The position numbers were made by a program, and so were the translations under genes. Under the pieces are notes generated by a model that saw only the letters and a list, made by a program, of their open reading frames with translations, was not told the DNA's origin and searched no databases. A stretch of 63,936 bases of DNA, counting the filler, from Octopus bimaculoides (Eukaryota), in the NCBI RefSeq assembly GCF_001194135.2. It is 7 parts of 6 records of this genome, joined end to end, with 100 filler letters (N's around TTAATTAATTAA, not from the genome) between each part and the next. Parts side by side here need not be neighbours in the genome. Positions count along the whole stretch, not along the records: positions 52,928 to 55,937 come from NC_068984.1; positions 56,038 to 60,174 come from NC_068983.1; positions 60,275 to 62,667 come from NC_068985.1; positions 62,768 to 63,936 come from NW_026386302.1; 3 more parts are not named here. One strand, 5' to 3'. How positions within the stretch are numbered: the stretch's first letter is position 1; each line of letters starts with the position of its first letter. Positions 55,011 to 63,936 of this stretch are shown piece after piece.

Positions 55011-55179
55011 AAGAAGAAGAAGAAGAAGAAGAAGAAGAAGAAGAAGAAGAAGAAGAAGAAGAAGAAGAAGAAGAAGAAGAAGAAGAAGAAGAAGAAGAAG
55101 AAGAAGAAGAAGAAGAAGAAGAAGAAGAAAAAGAAGAAGAAGAAGAAGAAGAAAAAGAAGAAGAAGAAGAAGAAGAAGA
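55011..55179. repeat. (GAA)n microsatellite, about 55 units
   Basis: Direct. It explains the poly-R and poly-L ORFs. Confidence 0.95.
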
Positions 55180-55812
55180 ATGCAGAACTTCGAAGGGTTT
55201 AAAAGCAAATTAGGTGTGAATTGAACTCGGGATATAAAGAACCAGAATGATTATCTTAAAGTAACCCAAAAGACGTTCTAAAGATTCTAGCAATTCACAT
55301 CTGTAGTATTTTATATTATAGACAACGAAAGGACGAAAAGTAATGAAGCTTCGTAATGCTTCCTTCCACTATGCGCACAAGGCAACAGATTTCGATTAAA
55401 AACTAGAGACAATAAAATCACCCCCAATACTTGTTCGCTAATAGAGTTAATCAACAGGCGATAACTGTAAAGCAATGCAGACGACAGTAAGAATCATAAA
55501 ATGATATTTTGTGAGACGACAATTTATTGTACTGCTAAGTCATCAGTTCTAATAAGCAAGATACTCACAGACGTTTCAGTACGGTATTCAGGTCAATTTT
55601 CCAAATCAAAATGACTGACAATTCAAGTTTCTATTGTTCTACGTAAGGTCATTCATGGAACTAAGTCACAAGAATTGTGAATTCTTCTGAACGGTGAGAA
55701 TCTACAGAAACATTGCATTTTCCTTGAAGTTCGACTGACACACACATACACATAGACTAAATCAATACGCATACAGTACCACACACACTCACACACGCAC
55801 ATACATTTGAAT

Positions 55813-55862
<50 letters not shown>

Positions 55863-56037
55863 CACACATACAAATATATTCTTGGAATGTATTTTGGCAG
55901 GGCTGGGAAATTTTCTCACGTAATTATAAAGTTGCTANNNNNNNNNNNNNNNNNNNNNNNNNNNNNNNNNNNNNNNNNNNNTTAATTAATTAANNNNNNN
56001 NNNNNNNNNNNNNNNNNNNNNNNNNNNNNNNNNNNNN

Positions 56038-59000
56038 CCTTTGCACAGCTTCTAACGCTGGAGACGTATTACAGTGTCAGCTGTTCACTACCAGTGAACT
56101 AAGGTAACACCTCTTATTTTTCGAGCAGCTTCCGGAGTATTCGAGCGGTTCCAAGCAGTGCTGTTTTCTGCAAATGCTCCATCCTTATTGCAGCCTCTAT
56201 TTGTTCCACGTACTTCTCAAGATTTTTGCTCACTGTTCCCAGGGCTCCGACAATTTTTGGTACTACTGCTACCTTTTTCATCGACTACAACTGCTTTGCC
56301 TCCCAAGCTAACCTTTCATATCTCTCTACTTTTCTTTCTTCCTTATCGCATACCTTGTTGTCAGCTGGGCATGCTATATCTATGATCCAGCATAGTTTGT
56401 TTTCTTTCTCAATTAAGACTATGTCCGGCTTCCTATTCTCTATTTCCTGGTCGCACTGAATCATGAAATCCCAAAGGATCTTTGCATTTCTATTTTCGAC
56501 GATGCCTTCAGGTTTGTGATCGTACCAATTTTTGCTCTGTCAAGTCCATACTTGTGGTAAAGTGTCCAGTGGACAAGCCTGGCTATATTGTCGTGGCGTC
56601 TCTTATATTCTTTCTAGTCTAGTGGCGTATATTGACTGGTAATATGCCATACGGTTTCACCGTTTTATCCACAGATTCTGCACTTATCACTTTCTGCTGT
56701 GTTGTCTGCAGTTTGTTCTTAGTGCTTGCTCTTGGGCAGCACAGATTAGAGTCTCCACTTCCGGTTTTAAATCACTTTTAATCATCCACAGCCATCTTTT
56801 TTCTCTGTCTTATCTTCAACATCCCTATGAAATTGACCATGCGTTCTTTTCTTTACCCACCTATTTTCAATTTCATTCGTTTTCAATTTCTTGTATAGTG
56901 CTCTATCTTTGTAATCTTCCATCCTACACAAGCCTTACTTCTAATAATAGCGGTTCTGTGGCATTTTTTACGTACCATGCTATGTTGCTTTCTTCTAATG
57001 CTGTGTTCGCATCTAATAAGTCCTCTTCCTCCTCTTTTCTTGGTACATACAGTCTGTCTGTGCCACTTTTTGGGTGGAGTGACCCATATCTAGTTAGCAA
57101 CTTCCTTGTATTTCTGTCTAAGCTGTTTAGTTCGTCTACTGTCCATGCTCCATATCTAAGGAGTGAAACCGCCCAGGTGTTGATAGCTTCGATCTTATTC
57201 CGTCCGTTTAATTTCTACTTAAAGATCAGTCTCAGTCTGCGCAAGTACTCCACTTTAAATTTTTCTGTCATTTCTTTCTCCATCAATTTATCCATTTCCC
57301 AAATCTTCAAGTACTTATAGCCCGTCTCTTCTATCTGCTTCATAACCTCCACCGACGGTATCGTTAGCCCGTCCTTACATTTGATTTTGCCTCTCTTCAA
57401 TACTAACACACCACACTTTCTCAGTCCGAACCCAATTCTGATATCAGCACTGAAGGTATACACCGTATCAACGAGCAAACTGACTTGGGCTTCATCTTTA
57501 TCGTAAAGTTTGAGGTCATCCATGAATAACAAATGGTTGACTTTTGTTGGCGGCTTTGGAATACATACCCAGCTTTTGCTTTCCTCAAAATCAGTATTAG
57601 TGGCATCAAGCACAGTACAAAGATCAGTGGGGATAGGCAGTCCCCTTGGAAGATGCCCCTCCTCACTTCTACTGTCACTAAACTTCTTCCATATACTGTT
57701 AGATCCGTCCTCCAATTTGCCATACTTTTTCCAAGCAATCGCTCAACATTCGATGCAATACCAAATAGGTTCATACACTCCATAATCCAAGAATGTGGGA
57801 TCATATCGTACGCCTTACGATAGTCGATCCATGACATGGCTAAGTTACTTTTCCTCCTCTTGCAGTCTCTGAGTACAGTTTTGTCTATCAGGAGTTGATC
57901 CTTGGTACCTCTGCATTTACGCTTGCAACCCTTCTGCTCATGTGGCAGAACTCCATTTTGTTTCCAAATGTTCGTACAATGACTCTGCGAGTATTCCAGT
58001 CAATAATTTCCACATAAGTGGCATACAGGATATCGGCCTGTAATTGTCTACCGTATTCCCATTGTCGATGTTTTTCAAGCACAGCACTGTCCCACCCAAT
58101 GTCAACCACTCTGGTGTTACTTGGTCGGCATTTAACAAGGTGTTGAGTTGCGCAGCTATTTGTGCATGACATTCACCAAATCTTTTGATCCAGCAGTCTT
58201 GAAATCCATCTGGTCCCGGAGCCTTCCAGCTGCTCATTTTTTTTTTTTTTTTTTTGCTGATCTCCTTCACTTTCCAAACTGAAATGACTAGTTCTGCCTG
58301 TTTTGGACAGACTACTGTTTGTTTCAGTTTTTGCAACCATTCAGCATCCTTCTTGTGCTCCTTGTCTTTAGTCCAGATGTCATTCCAAAACCTTTGAGTT
58401 TCAATGTTATCTGGTATCAACTTTTCATCTGTACACTCTCCATTTATTTCTTTATAGAATCTCTTCTGATCTACTCTGAATAACCTATTCTGGTGGTAAC
58501 TCTTCATTCTTTGGTCGTATCTCACCATCTTTGCTTTCTTTGCAACAAGGTGCAGTTTCAGTTCCTCCATTACTACTTTCAGGCTCTTTCTTTCAATATT
58601 ATACTTCCTTTTCAGCGCCCTGTATTTTTGTTTGCTTTTACGATCCTCTTTCTCTTTTCGGTCTAACACAGAGATTTCCTTCGAGAGCATGTCTAACCCT
58701 GCCTGGATTCTTCTTTTCCCCCACGGATCTTTTCTTTTGTCAATCCCATGATGTTTCTTTTTTCTTGACATCAACACCCACATTTTCTGCTACAACAATA
58801 CTTGCTGCCTTGATCAAATTATTTGTTTCTGTGATGTTTGTTCTGATGTATTTCAGAATTTCATTGACAATTTTCGTTTCTTGGTTCAATTTCCAGCGAT
58901 CAACCTTTTTAAGGTTGCAAATAATGTCGCTATCGTTCTCCTGTAGTCTTACCTTTATTCTGTCGTAGATTGCCTTTTGTTCATCTGTCATGTCGCCATT

Positions 59001-59615
59001 AATTTTATTGTCTTCTATCTGTCTCTCATCAAGTAAACTGCCACTGCTCCTTTCCTGTGCTATGAGATAACTCTTATTAGTAAGAACTGTATTTTCATTA
59101 TTATCTCTGCTGCTATTTTCCATAGCCCGTCTTTCGATAGCTTCGAGCTCTACTTCTGTGAACCAACAAATTTTCCTTGTTGCTTTAGCTTGATCACATA
59201 GTCTCTGTTCAGTGAGTTGAAACAATCCCTTTTCTCTCCAATGATCATACATACGTTGTCGGTAACCCCTAATTTGAGTACCATTTTCATCTACCGGGCT
59301 GCTCAGGTAGTAACACTCCATGACCACAGTATTAATTTGCTTGCTCCATCTACGCCGCGTGTGGTGGTCTCTTTCTGGATATCGACAGGCTGGAGCCGGA
59401 CCAGAATCTCTGAGCCTACCGGATGTAACACTGTCACCATCGTTGGCTTCAGTTTCATTACCACCATTATTCATAATATTTTGTTCTTTCACTGTCACTC
59501 ATATGAGTTAGCGATTATCACGTTACACGATTACCAGTGTTTTTATTGTGACATCATCACTAGATGTATCATTAATCAGCCTCTGAGGAGGAGGAGGCTC
59601 CACCCATTTCCTTTC
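56038..59615 (-). mobile_element. Near-full-length R4/Dong-like RLE non-LTR retrotransposon (subfamily 2); single ORF of about 59498-56114, broken by frameshifts and stops
   Basis: The N-terminal Myb-like segment reads RRRWSKQINTVVMECYYLS...RGYRQRM...W...TEQRLCDQ. RT motifs are [58 protein letters not shown] and YKYL. These are followed by the knuckle CRIC...ETV.HI and the RLE LWDF.IQCD...RKPDIV...IIDIACP...K, ending LLEK* (stop at 56114-56116). The 3' end runs into a gap. Confidence 0.95.
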
Positions 59616-59934
59616 ATTATTATTATTACTATCATCACTGATATCACTGATATTATTGTTTTTATGTGTAGTAGCAGCAGTGGTTGCCGCAACAGCAACA
59701 GTAGCAGGTGTGGAGGTAGTGGTAAGGGTGGTAGTTGGGCCTCAGATTCCTGTGCTTTCATAATAGTAGTAGTTGTAGTATTATTGTAGTGTTAGTAGTA
59801 TTTAGTATTAGCAGCTGCAGCATATTATTATTATTTTTATTTTTATCATTATCACCATCACCACCTCTACTATTGTTTGAGGAACTAGTTGGGTAGCAGT
59901 TTAGTGAATAGATCATAATCTACAGGTCTATAAA

Positions 59935-60150
59935 AGGAGGGGAGCTGGCAGAATCGTCAGAACACCAGACGAAATATTTAGTGGTATTTCGCCTGTCTTC
60001 ACGTTCTGAATTCAAATACCACCGGGGTCGACTTTGCCTTTCATCCCTTTGGGCTCGATAAATTAAGTACCAGTGAAACACTGGGCCGATATAATCGACT
60101 GGTACCCTCCCCCCAAATTACTGCCCTTGTGGTAAAATTTGAAGCCATTA
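59935..60150 (+). mobile_element. SINE family A with (ATT)n tail
   Basis: GGGGAGCTGGCAGAATCG...GGGGTCGACTTTGCCTTTCATCC...AAAATTTGAAGCCATTATT. Confidence 0.9.
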
Positions 60151-60454
60151 TTATTATTGCTATTATTATTTCTCNNNNNNNNNNNNNNNNNNNNNNNNNN
60201 NNNNNNNNNNNNNNNNNNTTAATTAATTAANNNNNNNNNNNNNNNNNNNNNNNNNNNNNNNNNNNNNNNNNNNNCTACAGTTTATCCGGCAAAAAATATC
60301 AAGCATAAACTTTAACAGAGTCTAATTTCAACACGTAGAATTGTAGTCGAAATCAGCCCTTGTAGACATTGTTGCAATACCACCACCACTGTCACCATTG
60401 TCAGAAATGTTTCTTGCGAAGGAAAAAATACGATTTTTCCAGAGTATTCTTCAC

Positions 60455-60497
60455 ATAGGCGCAGGAGAGGCTGTGTGGTAAGTAGCTTGCTTACCAA
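60455..60497 (+). mobile_element. SINE family B head only (A box), abruptly joined to a GC-rich segment
   Basis: ATAGGCGCAGGAGAGGCTGTGTGGTAAGTAGCTTGCTTACCAA. Confidence 0.8.
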
Positions 60498-60519
60498 GTC
60501 GGAGGGAGGGAATCCTCAC

Positions 60520-60734
60520 CTGTGCTGAAGATTCTGACTGGCCTCCGCAGGTGACTGCGGAGGTCGTGTCGGATAATGTCTTTTGCAAGGTGGTGAATTC
60601 CTTCCCCATCGGCGAATTCTGATTTGCGGAGTGGCCTGACCCAGACCCATTATTGTGCTTGAGAGAAGCACTGAAGGTGGTCGGGCGGTAAGATGTAAGA
60701 GGACGAGTGCCTCATATTCAAAGGGCTTGTGGCT
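60520..60734 (-). other. GC-rich segment that could be a 215-nt exon (unverified)
   Basis: Acceptor CTTTTCTTTTTTAG|A and donor CAG|GTGAGG. One frame is open (SHKPFEYEALVLLHL...QNLQH) and the other two are closed. No recognisable homology. Confidence 0.25.
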
Positions 60735-60979
60735 CTAAAAAAGAAAAGTGTTTAATAATTTCAAAGTGCATGTTAATACAAGACCCACATTAGACTCCTC
60801 ACTCGTATCACTATCGAACCAAGAGTTTAACTACGGTCTGTCCATAGCACTTACTTAGCGTTACCTGCTACTTTTGGGGTATTCTAGATACCAATAATTC
60901 TCATATATATTATATACCACAACAAGACACACACAAGGCATTCCTTTCATTTCCCAGCTATATAATATATCATATACTT

Positions 60980-61136
60980 AGCATGGTTGTGTGGTAAGAA
61001 GCTTGCTTCCCAACCACATGGTTCCGGGTTCAGTCCCACTGCATGGCACTTTGAGCAGGTGTATTCTACTATAGCCACGGGCCGACCAAAGCCTTGTGAG
61101 TGGATTTGGTGGACGGAAGCTGAAAGAAGTCCGTCG

Positions 61137-61170
<34 letters not shown>

Positions 61171-61380
61171 CATTTGTATTTGTGTGTGTCTGTGTTTGTC
61201 TCCCCCCCCCCTACACACACACACACACACACACCATTGCTTGACGACCAATGCTGGCGCGTCTATGTCCCTTTAACTTAACGGTTCGGCAAAAAGAACC
61301 GATAGAATACGTACTAGGCTTTCAAAAGAATAAGGCCTGGAGTCGATTTCTTCGACTAAAGGTGGTGCTCCAGCATGGCT
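60980..61380 (+). mobile_element. SINE family B, full-length, with internal (TA)(TG) and (CA) tracts
   Basis: Colinear with 62137-62511. Confidence 0.9.
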
Positions 61381-61384
61381 GACT

Positions 61385-61487
61385 GGCCCAGATCTGTAGT
61401 AGAAGACACTTGCCCAAGGTGTTTTGCAGTGGAACTGAATCCGAAACAACGCAGTAACAATGTCAGCTTTCTTAACCACATGCCTGT
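61385..61487 (-). mobile_element. SINE family B head fragment, inverted relative to 60980-61380
   Basis: GTAGTAGAAGACACTTGCCCAAGGTG...GCAGTGG.ACTGAA.CC. Confidence 0.7.
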
Positions 61488-61920
61488 ACTGGAAAATATC
61501 TCTTGCAAAGTGTAGGGAAGATTTTTCTTGCAAATCAGTCAACAAATTCATGTTGTTTTCCGTTTTGTTTTGTCTTTTTTTGTTTTTTTTGTTTTTTCAC
61601 ATTTTGCTGTTTGATGAAGCAGGACTTTATCACTGACCAAGATCTTCTGTTGCACGCGATTCTCAGCATGAGAGATAGATTGCCATGGAAGACTGAAGTA
61701 AGATCTGATATATTGGAGGTACCGAGTTACTGAGCAGCAGATAAATCGTCGGGTGTTGGTGGTCTTCCACTATGAACGTTATGCTAATACGCCAAACACA
61801 CCTCGATCTTTGTTGTCTTTTATCTCAACTGGAAGTAGACGAAGAATTTTTGGTTAATGGCATATATGACTCAGTGTCTTAAGGTTTATGTTTGAGGCTA
61901 TTTAAGTCAATAAATTTAAG

Positions 61921-62080
61921 CATAGGCATCGGTGTACGCTAAGAAGCTTGCATCCCAACCATGTGGTCTTGGATTTCGTCCAACTGAGCGGCACCTTGGG
62001 CAAGTGTCTTCTGCTGTGATCCTGGGCCGACCAAATCCTCATGACCGAATTTGTAGACAGAAACTGAAATAAAACCGTCA
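61921..62080 (+). mobile_element. SINE family B, left half, older variant (in unit 1 of a local duplication)
   Basis: Near-identical to 62512-62667. Confidence 0.85.
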
Positions 62081-62136
62081 GTGATTCAGTGTCTTAAGTT
62101 TTATGTTTGAGGCTATTTAAATCAATAAATTTAAAC

Positions 62137-62309
62137 ATAGGCGTAGGAGTGGGTGTATGGTAAGTAGCTTGCTTACGAACCACATGGTTCCGGGTTCAGT
62201 ACCACTGCGTGACACGTTGGGCAAGTGTCTTCTACTATAGCCTCGGGCCGACCAAAGACTTGTGAGTGAATTTGGTAGACGGAAACTGAAAGAAGCCCGT
62301 CGTATATGA

Positions 62310-62342
<33 letters not shown>

Positions 62343-62511
62343 TGTCCCCAACATCGCTTGACAACCGATGGTGGTGTGTTTACGTCCCCGTAACTTAGCG
62401 GTTCGGCAAAAGAGACGATAGAATAAATCTTGGGGTCGATTTGCTCGACTAAAGGTAGTGCTCCAGCATGGCCACAGTCAAATGACTGAAACAAGTAAAA
62501 GAGTAAAGAGT
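62137..62511 (+). mobile_element. SINE family B, full-length and best-preserved copy, nested at the head of an older copy
   Basis: tRNA-like head with A and B boxes, an internal (TG)n, and a right half ending GTAAAAGAGTAAAGAG. ATAGGC occurs at both junctions. Confidence 0.93.
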
Positions 62512-62667
62512 ATAGGCATGGGTGTATGCTAAGAAGCTTGCCTCCCAACCCATGTGGTCTTGGATTTCGTCCCACTGAGCGGCACCTTGGGCAAGTATCC
62601 TCTGCTGTAATCCTGGGCCGACCAAAGCCTCATGAGTGAATTTGTAGGCAGAAACTGAAAGAAAACC
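62512..62667 (+). mobile_element. SINE family B, left half, older variant (in unit 2 of the duplication), truncated by a gap
   Basis: Near-identical to 61921-62080. Confidence 0.85.
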
Positions 62668-63936
62668 NNNNNNNNNNNNNNNNNNNNNNNNNNNNNNNNN
62701 NNNNNNNNNNNTTAATTAATTAANNNNNNNNNNNNNNNNNNNNNNNNNNNNNNNNNNNNNNNNNNNNCTCATGTAAACGAAATGCGTATCCCTCAACTTT
62801 ACTTTCCATGCTTCTTTCGAGCTATATGTAAAATACGATTTATTCAATATATAATTGCTTTACGCTAAATCATAATATAATATATCAATAAGGGCCAAAC
62901 ATTATTTATCAGATAAATGTTCGGTTGGGAAGATGGAATGGGGAAATGCTAATATAGACGAATATATATAAGATAAATAAATTTTCTCTATAATATATCC
63001 TTCACATAATTATTCTGAGTCACGCAATACACACACACACACACACACATACACAGAGGCATGCAATCTCCCTCACATGAATAATTGTATGTATATGTAT
63101 ATAGTGATTTATATATACGATATACATATTTATATGCATATACATAAAATATATACATATATATTATTTTCATATACCTGTATGTATATTATATATATGT
63201 GTATATATACTATTTATGTACATATATATGCATAGTATTCATATTCGTATGCATGTACACACACCTACACACACGTGCAAACTCCGTCATATGAATAATT
63301 GTAAGTATATGTACATGGTGACATATATATATATATATATANNNNNNNNNNTATATATATATATATATATGCATATGTGTGTGTGTGTATATAGATATAT
63401 ATATACTGATATGAATATTATTTATATGCATATACATAACATATATACATATATATTATTTATATATACTTGTATGTATATTATATATAAGTATGCATAT
63501 TATTTATGTACATATATACATGCATAGTATTCATATTCTTATGCATGTACACACACACATATCATTAAGTATATAAAGGAAGACACACATCACATACCTT
63601 ATAGAGATTATTAGTTTTAGTGGGTGAAAGATAAAATGGATAACAAATATTCAAATCAAGAAAAATACTATCTAATCTCTAATAAACATAAAATACCCGA
63701 CTTGTACATTCATTATTAATTCTATGTACATTAATATTTAAAGATATATATTGACACAAACATACACATGTACAGTATACATAAATATAGAATTATGTAT
63801 ATACACTTACACATGTATACATCCGAAATGTATAATATTAAATATACATCACGGCTGATCTTACCATACTGTTTCGCGTAAAGAATAAAATGAAGTGTTA
63901 GGAAACAATGCGATTATAGAACTTTACGCCCATATA

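Noticed and set aside
59500-59615. AGCCTCCTC in the putative 5' UTR of the long R4-like element, recalling the HDV ribozyme P3/L3 sequence
   Set aside because: I could not build the nested P1/P2/P3/P1.1 pseudoknot. It is a simple 6-bp hairpin around a CCT repeat.

Overview
This is eukaryotic, AT-rich DNA (roughly one-third GC by eye) from a gappy draft assembly. It is dense in microsatellites and has no confidently identifiable host gene. The repeat families and microsatellite density suggest a coleoid cephalopod, probably Octopus; this is inferred from recall and not checked against a database. Almost all ORFs in the supplied track are artefacts of microsatellites and N-runs. The real coding signal comes from decayed transposons: a near-full-length (about 3.6 kb) R4/Dong-like non-LTR retrotransposon with a restriction-like endonuclease (RLE) at 56038-59615 (-), six further R4/Dong-like fragments from several subfamilies, a Penelope-like element, CR1-like and Jockey-group LINE fragments, a Tc1 (DD34E) and a mariner (DD34D) transposase pseudogene, hAT and pogo-type MITEs, and many copies of four tRNA-derived SINE families. 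The main pattern is that the R4/Dong-like copies repeatedly abut (TAA)n microsatellites in the same orientation and stack head-to-tail (27.6-29.9 kb and 49.9-50.8 kb). Two diverged subfamilies share a 37-nt 3'-UTR stem-loop with compensatory changes. Other items worth checking are a 193-bp near-perfect foldback element, a degenerate hammerhead-like core, modular SINE tails and a GC-rich candidate exon. Coordinates were read by eye and element ends are approximate (about +/-20 nt).
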